Shown here: positions 14,963-28,075 of the stretch, piece after piece
Numbering within the stretch: the stretch's first letter is position 1
Layout: the number at the start of each line of letters is the position of its first letter
Assembly (NCBI RefSeq): GCF_037042905.1
Contig: NC_087263.1
Coordinates: 13,270,001 to 13,330,000, forward strand
Length of the DNA: 60,000 nt
Source of the DNA: Lytechinus pictus
Taxonomy: Eukaryota
Direction of reading: 5' to 3'
Translations under genes and position numbers: made by a program
The notes under the pieces: generated by a model
What the model saw: the letters and a program-made list of their open reading frames with translations, nothing else
Database searches by the model: none
Told to the model about the DNA's origin: nothing

Positions 14963-15510
14963 CCCGGGGGGGGGGGGGGGCACTCAGTATATAATGCATA
15001 GTGGGTATGTGCCGCGGAGGGGACCCCCATTTTTACACTCAAATTTCCGTTCCAAGGCATAGCATTTTTGTCTTATTGAGAAAAAGAATAAAGAAAGCCG
15101 CTCCAAAGCATAGCATTTTCTTCTTATCGAGAAAAAAGAAGAAAGATATCCGCTCCAAAGCTTCGCATATTTTCCGTTATCCCGTTCCGGTCGCATTGAT
15201 CTGCTACGATGAGCCACAATTTTGGTGAAAAGCGGCCAGAGAGCGCTGTCCGACCATCGCCTCTGCGCTAGCGCAGCCGGCGCCCGTGCGCCGTTCTAGC
15301 TTCATGCATGTATGCCCGTTCCATTGGGATGCACACGCAGGCGACCCGTTCCAAGGACCCCCGTTTTCACAAACATTTGTAGTTCCGAAGCTCGTTCCGA
15401 GGACCCTCCTTTTTACAATAAGCCCGCTCCAAGGCCCCCGTTTTTTGTCTCGCCCGCGGCACACCCCTACCACTTTTTTGGTCGAGTGCCCCCCCCCCCC
15501 CCCCCCCGGG
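14963..15510. mobile_element. Young MITE with CCCGG(G)nCACTC termini and perfect 8-bp TSD
   Basis: CCCG(G)nCACTC ... GAGTG(C)nGGG; TSD ACTTCACA at 14955-14962 and 15511-15518; internal CCGYTCCAAG repeats. Confidence 0.9.
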
Positions 15511-16113
15511 ACTTCACACTTTCCTATATTAAATGGTTCTTTATCCCTGAAATGACTTACCTATAAAGCGATGTTCAGCAGATGTACAAGTACAGGTCAG
15601 CAGATGTGAGAATATAGCAAATAAATGCAGATGACCGTGATGAGGGAAAATGGAAAGAAAAGAAAACAAAATTTTCAATTATCTTCATGAGTAAATGAAT
15701 AGGACTATATTCTCACAGATTCATGAAAAATCCCTCCAATTTCCATATACATGCAGCTCCTGTGAGGGGGCAGGGGGGGTTCAGGTCCAGGAGTACAATG
15801 ATAAAGATTCATATCTTTATTGGTGTGGGGGGAGGGGGGGGTGCAATTACACAATGACTCACAACAACAGGTTATTCTCAGACAAAAGTCAGAATATGGC
15901 AATAGGGTCCGAACCCCCCCCCCCCCCCCCCCCCCGGCATAAACAAACACCACCACCACCATTTCTGGTTTTCTACAAAGTAACAAGTCCAACCAACAAA
16001 AGTTGGAAATTGCGTTCATTTTGTTTCCCCAAAGTCAAAATACTTTCTGTGAAATCACAATCCCCCCACACACACATCTCAAGGAGAAAAAAAACGAAAA
16101 GCCAAACACTTCT

Positions 16114-18774
16114 GAGCGTGATCGGTTCATCACGGACGGACATTTGATAGATTTTGAAAACTTTGAAGGCTTGTAACAAATTAGGAATAAGATGAACATG
16201 GTTCCTTTGTGTTTTATAGTGAAGGGTAGGGCAAAGTATGTTGAATGATGAAAAAAATTTGTTGCCATGGTTACCTACAAACATAGGTAGCCACTAAATG
16301 TGCCATATCACGGACGGACATGATAGAAATGTGGTTTTCAGAATTTTTGAACATTTTTATTGTTTCTATCTAAATAGCTTAACTTTGACCAATAATTGTT
16401 AATGCAACTTACACTCGGGTATGTTAGCTTCTATGTTTAGCATATTGAATTCTTAACCAATATCAAACTTCCGAGAGAATTGCAAATATTTTCCATCACG
16501 GACGGACATCTCGGACGGACATCACGGACGGACACAATTAAAATACATTGGAAGTACCTTGTAAGAAGTTCTTATTACTTGTTTGGGGGAACAAATGCTA
16601 TTGTATTGATGATTTGTACATTCTTTATATGATTAAACAATATTAGTTGCACAATCAAGTTTCTACAACTTCAATCAAGTTGCTACAACTTGATTTAAGT
16701 TGTAGCAACATGATTTCTATGCTAGACACACAAAATAATCTAGCCATATGATTGCTTTTAAACACAGTTCTTTTCAAAATCAAATATCCTAATGCACATT
16801 GTCTTCTTTTCAATTTAGAGAATACTGTAGTTGGTACCAAATTAGCATCCAGTGGATCAATGATCATGTTGATACTTTTCATGATATATCACGATGATAC
16901 ATGTTCATACATTTTTAGGCATTAATTTTTGAAGAGCACAGATTTTTTTATGTCCAGTAACTAAATCCAAAAGATTCACAGGTTGCTTATCATTATGCTT
17001 GTTTGGTGGATCAAGTATGACCACGACACTTGTCTAGGCTCTCTTCAAATTCATCTTTTGACCATATTAAAGTGGAGGGTTACACTTCGTAATTCCGAAG
17101 GTTCTTGATTCCGAAGGTTCGTAATTACAAAACACGCAAATTGCCTATACCTCGATGTTTGTTAATCCGAAAACGTAAAAGGGTTTGTTAGTCCGAACAT
17201 TTGTGGCATTATTCCGAAGGTTCGATAATCCGAAAACGAAATAAGGTTCGATGTTCTGAAGGTTCCTTAATCCGAAAACGAAATAAGGTTCGTTGTTCTG
17301 AAGGTTCGTCAGTCCGAAAACGAAATAAGGTTAGTTAATCATTTAGTTTTCGGACTAACGAACCTCATTTCTTTTTCGGATTAACGAACCTTCGGAATTA
17401 CGAACCTCACTTCGTTTTCAGACTAACGAACCTTCGGAATTACGTACTTCATTTCTTTTTCGGACTAACGAACTTTCGGAATTACGAACCTTCGGAAATA
17501 CGAACCTTCGGAATAACGAACCTTCGGAATAACTGAACCTTTGGAATAACGAAGCTTCGGAATTACGAATGTATGCGAAAGTGGAGACACCCCTTCACAT
17601 CAACAGCCCTCATGTATTTAGGCCCTGACTGAATCCAAAATTGAAATCAGATACCAATTAAACTTCTAAACACTGCAGTGCAAGCTTTATATGAATTGTA
17701 TGCATTTTCACAGATTTCTAGATCAGCAATTTGCTCAAAATTAGCTCCAAAATGGACTTAAAAAAAAAAGGAATTCTTGTACTTTTCACAAGCCTAAAGG
17801 ACGTGATGTCATGTTCTGTTAGAAGCATTGTGAATCCATAGGTTTGTACATGGAAAAAAATGATTTTTTTTTCTGCTTATCAGAATATGCATTCTCCTTT
17901 CTTCTTTTCCATCACTTTCTGCAAGCTTCAATTGATGAAATATACAGCTTTTGACTTATTCTTGCTATATTTCATTTCCTGCTTTTTGGCATACATGTAG
18001 CTTCCAACTCTATCTGCATTCCAATTATGTTTTTAAAAAAATTCCTGACAACAATTAAACCCCAATAACAGCCAAAGAAAGATTTCACAAAAAATTGTGA
18101 AGAGTTGTAGGTTTCCATCCATTTGAGTTCTGAATAATTCTCAGTGCCATTTTCACTGCAAATTGGAACTAAAATTAAATTCATAATCTGCTCAGTATTT
18201 GCTCATTGTCTGTCCGTGATGAAATTAATGTCCGTCCGTGATCATTTTTGATCGAGTTTATGATATGAATAAAATGTATGGATTTCAGCTATGTTCAAAT
18301 AAAATGATGTACAGTGTTTAGTGAGATACCTCTACACCTTTTTATTTTTTATTTCTATTCTGATAAAAAGTAAAAAAACTTTTTATATTTTTTTTCATCA
18401 CGGACGGAAATTTCAAAATGGAAATGTTCACACCTACCAAAAAAAATTACTTCCCAATATTTTTTTTCTACTAATTTATGTTTGATAATAGATTAATGTT
18501 CAGAGTGCAAGAACATCCAAACCAAATTAGAATAACTTGAAAAACAATAAAACTAGAGAGAAATTAATTTGAGTAAAAATGTCCGTTCGTGATGAGAGGT
18601 AATAGCACCCCCACAAATAAAATGGACTAATCCAGTACTTTCGGATTTATCAATCTTCATGAAACTGAGTTCTTTGAAACCTAAGATATCAAAGATTGTC
18701 TTAAAAGCAATTTTGATAGAAATATTAAAAAAAAAAAAATTCACCTCAATGCTAACCCTTAACCGATCATGCTC
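16114..18774. mobile_element. Non-autonomous DNA transposon, GAG...CTC termini and 4-bp TSD (Sola2-like), carrying a nested foldback element
   Basis: TIR GAGCGTGATCGGTT (16114-16127) / AACCGATCATGCTC (18761-18774), 13/14 match; TTCT on both flanks; subterminal CATCACGGACGGACA motifs in both orientations. Confidence 0.65.
17078..17577. mobile_element. Foldback/MULE-type element with arms built of ~16-bp tandem units
   Basis: TTCGTAATTCCGAAGGTTC / GAAGCTTCGGAATTACGAA ends; AACCTTCGGAATAACG units; perfect 9-bp TSD AAAGTGGAG at 17069-17077 and 17578-17586. Confidence 0.88.
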
Positions 18775-19212
18775 TTCTGGAGGTTTTCTACAAACAATAT
18801 GAGCCACAACAAAGTTGAGAATCGTGTCATTTTCCAGGATGACTCATTATTTGTGGCATCTATTATCTGACACAATCCTTGCTAGACATCATGAGCTTGC
18901 CAAATGTAAGAACAATCACAGCAAAATTGTCAACAACAAAAACACACACTTTGAGAGTTACGTTCATACAAAGAAAAATTGCGCTACACCTGAACAGAAA
19001 AGGTAATTAATTATTCAAAATGATGGTAATCATAAAACACCTTGAAAAGAGCAGAGATTTCAATCATGATTCTATGATGTCAAATTTCTTCTTTTTTTCT
19101 TTCGAGCTACACACCATTCACTTCTGAAGATTCTTGCAGTACAGTACTAGCACTGCTGAGGACTTGCATACCAACACAAAAGAATCAAACTACTACATGT
19201 AAGTACACATTA

Positions 19213-19611
19213 GGGCCGTCTGCACAAACCCTAGTTTTCAAATTAGCGCGCTATTTCTGATCCGGCAAATTATCCCGATCTGAACAATCTCGAGATTATT
19301 TGTAATGGAGATGCAATTATCGCACTAGTTCGCTGGATTAAACTCGAGATTGCAATCCCAAGTCAACTTGGGATTTTTTTTAAATAGCGCGCTATTTACG
19401 AATTATCCCACGATATTCGCAGGTGCAGACGCACTCGGGATTATTTATTCACGGCGTCAGACCATAATGCATCGATGCCTTGCTCGAGCAGGAATCGCTC
19501 TGCTTGCGATGGTGGAGACGGGGTTTCTTGAATCTCGAGATTAAATCGCGAAGAGGGCCAATCGGGCTAAAATCTCGAGATTGAGCAAACTCGGGCCGGT
19601 GCAGCACCGCC
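19213..19611 (+). mobile_element. MITE, copy A of an inverted pair
   Basis: GGGCCGTCTGCAC...GTGCAGCACCGCC ends; close reverse complement at 20371-20735. Confidence 0.8.
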
Positions 19612-19651
19612 TAGTGGCTTACTTTGAAATATTAGAGAAATTCAACATTAA

Positions 19652-20029
19652 AGGTAAATTCCAGTTCTGGTAACGATCTCAAAATGACTTTTTACAGAAT
19701 ATAATATAATGTTTGTATGAATAAAAAATATGTGGCGAAGGATTCTGGAAGAAATTGTGTAATTGCTGAGAAATAAGCAAAATAAGCGCGGATTCGGTCA
19801 CTTCCGTCGGGTCTTTATTCCAGCAATAATAATACACTGTCCCACATGTGCCTATCTGTATTGGCGATCTTCAGTGTGAACATTTTTCAGCGTAGATTTC
19901 AAGATTTCACAAGGTTCAGTTTATGTAACTGTACCAGATCTAGATCCGAGATGATATGCTGACAATTAAGCCTGGTTTTACAGACTTTCTCATGAAATCA
20001 GTGTTTACTGCAACTACTGGCATTTCTCT
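19652..20029. mobile_element. TTAA-flanked MITE with AG termini (Kolobok-like)
   Basis: TTAA|AGGTAAATTCCAGT ... ACTGGCATTTCTCT|TTAA. Confidence 0.75.
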
Positions 20030-20370
20030 TTAATGTGAAATTGGTTGAATGCTCCCCTGCAATTAATACAATGTCTTGTGTTTCCACTTGGAATTGCGAT
20101 TCTAGTACGCCTGAACACAGCCATAATAGCAGGACTCAAAAAACAACTGCAAAATATTTGGTCTGTAATGTCGAGTCAGAAAAAAAATGATCAAAGAATG
20201 TAAACAATATTGGATGTTTTCACCTGGATGTGAACTTGTCAAGGTACCTGGAGCTTATCAAATAGCCAGGGCCAGGGACAAATCTTGCTTTGAGTAAAGA
20301 GGGGGGGGGGGATCACCCAATTATAATGCCCCACAACACCAGAGAAATGGTGGGGAAGGGGATCTCAGAG

Positions 20371-20735
20371 AGCGGTGCTCCACCAGCCCGAGTTTGCTCA
20401 ATCTCGAGATTTTAGCCCGATCGGCCCTCTTCACGATTACCGTAATCTTGAGATTCAAGAAACCCCGTCTCCACCATCGCAAGAAGAGCGATTCCTGCTC
20501 GAGCGAGGCATCGATGCATAATGGTCTTTACGCCGTGAATAAATAATCCCGAGTGTGTCTGCACCTGCGTATTAGTGGGATAATTGGTAAAATAATCCCA
20601 AGTTGACTTGGGATTGCATTCTCAAGACGAACTAGCGCGATAATTGCGTCTCCATTACAAATAATCTCGAGATTATTTTTTGCCGAATCAGAAATAGCGT
20701 GCTAATTTGAAAACTCGGGCTTGTGCAGACAGCAC
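20371..20735 (-). mobile_element. MITE, copy B (inverted relative to 19213-19611)
   Basis: For example CCCGAGTTTGCTCAATCTCGAGATTTTAGCCCGAT and ACCCCGTCTCCACCATCGCAAG are reverse complements of copy A segments. Confidence 0.8.
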
Positions 20736-21034
20736 TAGAGTACATGTATCTCTGTGCTCAGTGATTGTTGTTGACGCTCCGTATCACTACAAGCTACATG
20801 TATAATGCGGCAAGTGGAGGAGACCAAGAGGCCCCTATTTCTTTTTATATTGTTGCTATATTATTTTCAACTCCTGGCATTCATATTCTTCATCTACACT
20901 TTAAACCGAGACCCAATAGTTGATTCAAGTGCTAATTTGAGTCAAAGCCTTCAGACTATCTGGAGCTTGCATAGCAAGAAAAGCACTACGATTGATGTAA
21001 AATTTAAACTTTGCAAGCCTTCATTATATTTTAA

Positions 21035-21639
21035 AGGACAAGTCCACCCCAGAAAAGTATTGTTTTGAAATAAGTAGAGAAAAATCAAACAAGCATTATG
21101 CTGAAAATTTCATCAAAATCGGTTGTAAAATAAGAAAGTTATGACATCTTAAAGTTTCGCTTATTTTTCAAAAAACAGTGAAATGCACAACTCAGTGACA
21201 TGCAAATATGACAGTCGATGATGTCCCTCACTCACTATTTCTTTTGTTTTTTATTGTTTGAATTATACAATATTTCATTTTTTACAGATTTAGCAATAAG
21301 GACCAACTTGATTGAACCATATAGAATTTAACAATGCTAATTGCACATGTTCAGGGAGGAATTAATCTTTGTTTCACATGACAACAGGGAGAAAATTTAG
21401 ATACTTCATATTTCATATAATAAAATACAAAAGAAATAGTGAGTGAGTGATGTCATTAGTCTCCTCATTTGCATAGCGACAAGGATGTGAATATAACGGT
21501 TTTGTGAAATTAAACGAAACTTTAAAATGTCATAACTTTCTTATTTTACATCCGATTTTGATGAAATTTTCAGTGTTATGCTTGTTGGATTTTGCGCTTT
21601 TTATTCAAATCAACTTTTTGTTAGGGTGGACTTTATCCT
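21035..21639. mobile_element. Palindromic TTAA-flanked MITE (Kolobok-like)
   Basis: TTAA|AGGACAAGTCCACCCC ... GGGTGGACTTTATCCT|TTAA; long inverted arms (TGAAAATTTCATCAAAATCGG / CCGATTTTGATGAAATTTTCA). Confidence 0.88.
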
Positions 21640-22129
21640 TTAACAAACAAAAGATGCATCTCACAAATAAAATATTTGAGTATGCATCTGTTAAAGACTA
21701 GATATAAAGAGTACACAAAATATAAGCAGGCCTACTTTAAAATAAGACATTTTGTATGCATTATAGAGGGGCCTATACATGTACACTCAGATCAGAGTAC
21801 AAAAGTTGTAAACCCCATAAAGTCCTATTCTGAATCACAGAATGGATAAAGAGGGACTATAAAATCTGCTGAAAAGTTGTAAAACGGAGACTACACTTCC
21901 GACCCTTTCTTGAACTCTGATTTCAAACAGACTGCAAGGAGCAGAAGTCAACAGCACAATAGCTAACAAACAAACATAGCTGAGAGAGCAATGTCAAAAA
22001 GATACAGACTTCCAAGTTCACCAAAAGTTTAATAAGTAACAGAAGAGGGTGAAGTAGAAGGACATGGATAGAGTTTGTCTGAAACTACTCCCTCCTGTCT
22101 TGTCACTCACGAAGAAGTAGCAGAGGTAA

Positions 22130-22705
22130 ATTGCCACTTGGTCTACACCCACTTAGTCTACTTTCCATTTGGTCTGATCCCACATGTATGGTCTAATCCG
22201 AGTTCATCTACTAGCCATTTTGTATAAATAAAATTTAATTAAATCAACTGCCACTTGGTCCACACCCATTTGGTCTACTTTCCATTTAGTCTCATCCCAC
22301 ATGGTCTAATCCTAGACCGTCTACTAGCCATTTGGTAAATTCAATTCAATTAATTGCCACTTGGGCTACACCCAGTTTGTCTACTATATCTAATTGCAAT
22401 ATACCCACTGACCACTTGTCTAATAGGCTATGTGACCTGCCCATTTAGTCGAATTTCACTTTGTATAACTGTCATAAGAACCAAATTTAATTTGTTGAAA
22501 TGCAAAATAGAGGAAGGGGATATTAGACTATCTAGGTGTCGGTTAGACCAAGCAAATATCACAATTCCTCTTCTTTTTTAAGTATGAGTACTGCTTCAAG
22601 ACGAAGGTGAAATCATTGATAATTATGAAATTAATTAGTCCAAATGAAGGTTGGCGTTACCCCAAATGGAAATTAGACCATCTGCTAGTAGACCAAGTGG
22701 ATACG
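22130..22705. repeat. Degenerate foldback-like repeat of TGGTCTA / TAGACCA units
   Basis: CCAYTTRGTCTA units on the left, TAGACCA units on the right; AGTTTGTCTGAAA...TCCTGTCTTGTCACTCAC duplicated on both sides (~22072, ~22748). Confidence 0.5.
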
Positions 22706-22884
22706 ATTACAAACCACTGAACAAGGATAAGGGGAAGGACACATTCAAAGTTTGTCTGAAATTATAGGCCAACTATCCTGTCTTGTCACTCACTACTAAG
22801 ACTACTGTATGTGATGAGTGACATCACTGTTAAACGAAGGGCAAGGTTTTTTAACATTAAATTATCTAATGTTTTCTTTTCACA

Positions 22885-24350
22885 ACCTGTGCACAGACTT
22901 GTAACTACCTGTAAAATGTCCCAATCAATCAATATATTACTGGTAACATGATCTATTTTCAGCTATACTATGCAATACACATGGATAATCATGGATTGAT
23001 ATAATCTGGGAATTGTAGGTGATATTCCACAGATGATATCGTTCAGACAGTATGGATACTAGATTTCAACATTCTAACCCTCATCAATCTACCTGCGCGC
23101 AGACTTGTAGCTACCTGTAAAATGTCCCGATCAATCAATATATTACTGGTAATCATGATCAATTTTCAGCTATTCTATGCAATATACATGGATAATCATG
23201 GATTCATAATGATCAGGAAATAGTATACAAATATACAATGACACTCGAGGATCTGGCTAAAACTATTCGCATCGAAGGAACATCACATAGTACTATTCTC
23301 ACGAGGGCCATCGGCCCGAGGGAGAATAGTACTATGTGATGTTCCTGAGTGCGAATAGTTTTAGCCTGTTCCGAGAATGGGTCATTGTATATTTGTTTTA
23401 TATCCCTTCCACTCATACCATTTTACGATTTTTAATAAGTCGATATAGAACAATCGTTGAGAAGTTGAGAAAATAATAAGTCTTGCCGTATGGATCCTCT
23501 GTTCAGCGAGCGCACCTGGTTAGTGCAGCTCGCCGAAAGTTTCCCGTGGCATGCAGTGGAGAGTGCCGTTTGGCTGAGCAGCGCTCTGCTCGCATCGCAC
23601 CACACAGCTGGCGAATCGCAAGGTAGGGGGGGGTCAAACAAACGTATAGTTCACTTTTTCCCTAGGGAAAAAATGGACTAAGCGTGACGTCAGCAAGGAA
23701 AATGAACTATTTCATGGCAAACGTTTTTCGTAGTAAAAACTATTCTTTTTCTCCTTGTGTACACTATCAGTACAACAATCTTAAGTAAGGGATATAATAC
23801 ATGTAGGTGATATTCCACAGAAGATATCACTCAGACAGTATGGATACTAGATTTCAAGATACATCTGACTGAATCTGATCAATCTACAGGCGCACAGACC
23901 TGTAGCTACCTGTACAAGGCACAGATCAATCAATATACATGTATTACCCGTGGTTTATTTTCAGCTATTACCTATTAAAATATGCAATATATACATTTAC
24001 AATGATAATCATGGATTCATGTGATCAGGGAATAGTAGGTGATATTCCACAGAAGATATCGTTCAGACAGTATGGATACTAGATTTCAACATTCTAACCC
24101 TCATCAATCTACCTGCGCACAGACTTGTAGCTACCTGTAAAATGTCCCGATCGATCAATTATATATTAACCATGGTCTATAATCAAGGAAATAATAGGTG
24201 ATATTCCACAGAAGATATCGTTCAGACAGTATGGATACTAGATTTCAACATACATCTGATCAATCTACCTGCGCACAGACCTGTAGCTACCTGTACAAGG
24301 CACCGATCAATCAATATATTACCCGTGGTTTATTTTCAGCTATTGCACTA
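22885..24350 (+). repeat. Tandem repeat, about 5 units of ~160-225 bp, interrupted by an insertion
   Basis: Recurring GCACAGACYTGTAGCTACCTGTA...GATATTCCACAGAAGATATCGTTCAGACAGTATGGATACTAGATTTCAA. Confidence 0.85.
23225..23797. mobile_element. Hairpin-ended non-autonomous element (Crypton-like architecture)
   Basis: First ~175 bp form a long palindrome (CATCACATAGTACTATTCTC / GAGAATAGTACTATGTGATG around GAGGGCCATCGGCCCGAGGG); TTATATCCCT (~23398) is inverted with terminal AGGGATATAA; splits a tandem unit without an obvious TSD. Confidence 0.55.
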
Positions 24351-25599
24351 CACGTATGCAATATTCCACCTCACATGCAACATCATCATTTACTATTCAG
24401 CTCCCTGGCTCGCTTCATTACCCTGCCTGTATGCACATGTACTGTCTGATGAAATGACGAAAGGTTGAGAAATGTAGAGGACAAGAACTTCCAGAAGCCA
24501 GTTGCATTGTGGGTATTTCAAAGGGTTTGGAGTGTAAAATTGGCCAAAGAAATTTGGAAAACATGTCTGTACAAGTTTTATTTTGGTGGGTGTTCACTTT
24601 GTCAAAAAAATTTGGTTTCTCATCAAATGGACCAACATTTAATTCCTCCACAATTTTGACAAGACACCCCCTAAAAAATATCATCATTCAAGTTAAAAAA
24701 GGTATATTTTTTTTCAATTTTGGCAATTTTGGAGAAGGCCTATTTACTTTACCAAATGCTGGACACTTTATTACGTATGTTAAATAGTTCTTTTTCTGAT
24801 CACTCAAGTTTTCCTCAAAATATATATTTCGAGGGCATGAAAAGGTAACTTAATATGCAACAGCGACAGTGCCCTGGGCATTGATAGTTGTTTGCGCTTC
24901 CAAAAGTTTGGAATGATGTCATGATGACATCAGACCTGAATCAGCCTATGATATGACAGTTGCACTCGCCTTTTGGCATTGGAATGTCGCAGTGAGTGAC
25001 AGGAGGAAACAGATAGAATATGAGAAATCAGACAATCTGGAAAATTCTGGCCGGGATAGGGGGTGATGCATACAGAACAACATCAGGGCCCCGTATCACA
25101 CAGAGTTGCGATTGATCTGATCAACCTCAACTATATGGAAATTCATCAATGTCTTTATTTTTTTCTCTCCAGGAAATTTCCATAAATAAGCTGTAAACAG
25201 AGAGAGGCACTTAATGTTTTTGATGAAAAGGATGAGTGTATGAATCAGGGGAAAAATACATGGGGGCTCGGGCGATTTCCCCCCCCCCCCCCCCACCAAA
25301 ACAAAAGGTCAAAAGTGCCCTAAAAATTAAACAAAGAGCCCTCATAAATCCCCATTCACCCCAATGTTAAAGCTTATCCAAAGTATCAGATTATAGGCTG
25401 TAGGTTATAAAAAGAAGCCCCCCCCCCTGGTATAAATACACATCATATCTAGAAAATAGTTATTTAAAAAAAAACATGTTTTGTAGATATCTATACTGAC
25501 GTTGCTGGCTTTCCGTAGTTGTGGTTGATCAGTTGATCAATCGTAATTCTTAGTAAGACAAGTCCCAGGATTTGTCATCGTTTGATCACGGCAAATCCC

Positions 25600-26370
25600 C
25601 ATCAGCGGTGTCGCCAGGCAGTGAATGGGGGGGGCGGTGTTTTCCATGGTGTAGTCGTGGGGCCGCCTGACCAATGGTATACATTGTAGCCAGGGTGGGC
25701 TATGAGGACAGTTCCACCCATATCAGTGCCATGGGGTAGTTACTTTGGTGTAGCCAAGGCATGGGGGGTCTTTTTTCCACCAGTGTGGCCAGTGCAGCCT
25801 AGGCTAAAAGGCGGTCTGACCCATGGCATGGCCAGGGTAGCCTAATACCCCTTTCATAAACCCAATAAAACCCAATTATGCGGCTAATAGCAGCATAATT
25901 TGGTCGTAAAATAAGAGGAGGACAAGAGTTATCCGCATTATTCTGATGCTGCTATTATCCGCATAATAGCGGCATCGGGACAAAATTTTGAGTTTATGAA
26001 CGTATTTCCAAATAATGCGGATAATTGCCATGGTGCGGTCACAAGGTCACCCTTTTCCAACACAACCGCATCGGAGGGGGCGTGTCCAGTTGTCATGACG
26101 ATTATCCGCCTTTTTCAGGACGGGCGCTCGTATAAATAATGCGGATAATTTTCGGAGTTTGTGAACGCAATTTTTATTGAATTATCCGCATTACTATTAG
26201 GCGGCTAATTGGAGGATAGGTTTATGAAAGGGGTATAAGAGGCGGTCTGACCCATGGCATGGCCAGGGTAGCCTAAGGGGCGGTCTTTTCCATGGTGTGG
26301 CAAGGTCAAGCCAATGGGGGAGTCTAACCCATGTTGTATTAAACCAGGCCATAGGGGGCAGTCTTTACAA
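25600..26370 (+). repeat. GC-rich ~37-bp minisatellite, interrupted by a MITE
   Basis: GGCGGTCTGACCCATGGCATGGCCAGGGTAGCCTAA is identical at ~25810 and ~26241, with degenerate units on both sides. Confidence 0.7.
25846..26235. mobile_element. PIF/Harbinger-type MITE
   Basis: TIR TACCCCTTTCATAAACC / GGTTTATGAAAGGGGTA; TAA TSD both sides; internal ATTATCCGCA/TGCGGATAAT repeats. Confidence 0.88.
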
Positions 26371-26625
26371 ACAGCTACATTAGGCCAATGTCTCTGCCAC
26401 AGTGCATTATAAAGGGGAGAGATGCAATCTTACAACTTACCAACTACCCCTCCCCAGAAACACTCCCAGCTCCCCCCCCCAAAAAAAAAAAAATGGCACC
26501 TAAAACATCAGGCCTTCATGTACATTACTGTAATAGCCAATTTCACTTGGCGATGCTACTTATTAATATTATTCATATACATGTACACCTGAACAATAGT
26601 ATGTTATAGTCGGAAGCAAAAGCTT

Positions 26626-26802
26626 GGCCTCATTGTATAAAAGTTACCTTTATGATAACTTTGCCATCCAATGGTAACTTGCATGGAATGCTTGATTTTG
26701 ATTGGCTGGTGGCTGGTGAGCATTGTTACCATGGTACATGAACATGTAGTTACCAGTGGATCACAAAGTTATCATAATAGTAACTTTTATGCAATGTGCC
26801 CA
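26626..26802. mobile_element. Short Harbinger-like MITE
   Basis: CATTGTATAAAAGTTAC / GTAACTTTTATGCAATG inverted ends; related degenerate copy at ~4396-4530. Confidence 0.55.
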
Positions 26803-27293
26803 GAAGATGTATTTGTATCAATTTTTTATCAAATTAATAGAAATGAGCAATACATTGACACAGTATAGGCCCTACACGTAAGTATAATTTGTCAAGAAAT
26901 CACAATGCATAAACTCCTTTTTTTATCATTTTTCATGTTCCTTCTACAGCTTCCCGTCCTATGATACAACACTAACCACCTACCTACCAACATGTCATTC
27001 CAACAATGAATCCTCCCTAGCAACGCCAAAACATTGTTCATTCATCATCATCCCACATGGGATCTACGAAGGCCTACTCAAACACGATGAATCATAACAT
27101 ATAAAACCACTGAAATAATAAAGGGATCATACATATAATGAGCAATAAACAATGGGATCAATTCTCTGACTTTTGATCTCTCTAATGATGACTTCATTAT
27201 CACCCGCAACATGAGTAATCTAGGGTCCTGGCCAAAGGTTGCTTCTACACCAGCTCCAAATTTCACAAAACTGGGTGGGTGTTACATGAATTA

Positions 27294-28075
27294 GACCCCT
27301 GTTACACATGCGTCGGCTTTCAAAGCCGGCCCCGGAGGCGGCCTCACGCCTGCAATTTGAAGCCGCCTCAAAATCATCAAACCCCTGTTACACATAGTCT
27401 CGGGCCCGCAATTTTGCGTCTACACATAGGCCGGCCTCACGTCGCCTTTTCACGAGCTGACGTTGGGGCGCACTTCATGTAAACAAACGCTTAATATTTT
27501 CGCGCGGTTTGCAGGTCTTTTTAATTGCATTGGATCTCATCGACATCGCGACCGATCCGTACACATATCTTACCTCCATATTTTGTTTATATAATTGCAT
27601 TATGAAGGTTAAGAATATCGTAACCAGGAATAAACGGTTTAAACTTTTAGCCCACCAGTACAGAATATGTCGTGTCTTAGTGCAGGCTGCTGGATATGAG
27701 GAAATTAAAATTTAAAGCAATAAATGATGAAAAACAATGTAATTTTACGCTCGGGGCGAGGCTTACCTATAATATATACTGCATGCCTGGTCCAAATGGC
27801 AAAAGCGCGCCCGGCCGATGCATTGTTGATGATGACAGGTCGCGTCACTTCCGCTTATAAGCCGGCGCCGAGTCCACTTTGGTGTTACACCTACCGATTG
27901 CGGGACTGAGTCCGGACTCGGGCCGGCCTCAAACCACATCCAGAGGTGGACTGAGTCCACCTGGCCTCAGTCCGGCCTCAGTCCGGCTTTTCAAAAAAAG
28001 TTGATGTTACACATACGTCGAGCCGCCTCCGGGGCCGGCCTCAGTCCACTTGCAAACGTATGTGTAACAGGGGTC
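27294..28075. mobile_element. PIF/Harbinger-type MITE
   Basis: TIR GACCCCTGTTACACAT / ATGTGTAACAGGGGTC; TTA TSD both sides; GC/CpG-rich subterminal GGCCTCAGTCC repeats. Confidence 0.9.

Noticed and set aside
14984..15566. Cluster of 75-90 aa ORFs
   Set aside because: They lie inside a GC-rich MITE with a perfect TSD; no transposase motifs.
17078..17577. Short repeats separated by variable sequence, superficially CRISPR-like
   Set aside because: Units are contiguous or separated by repeated (not unique) linkers, switch orientation at the centre and are bounded by a 9-bp TSD; eukaryotic context with no cas genes.
22885..24350. Regularly spaced conserved blocks as a possible array-based system
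   Set aside because: Whole units are homologous end to end, i.e. an ordinary tandem duplication.
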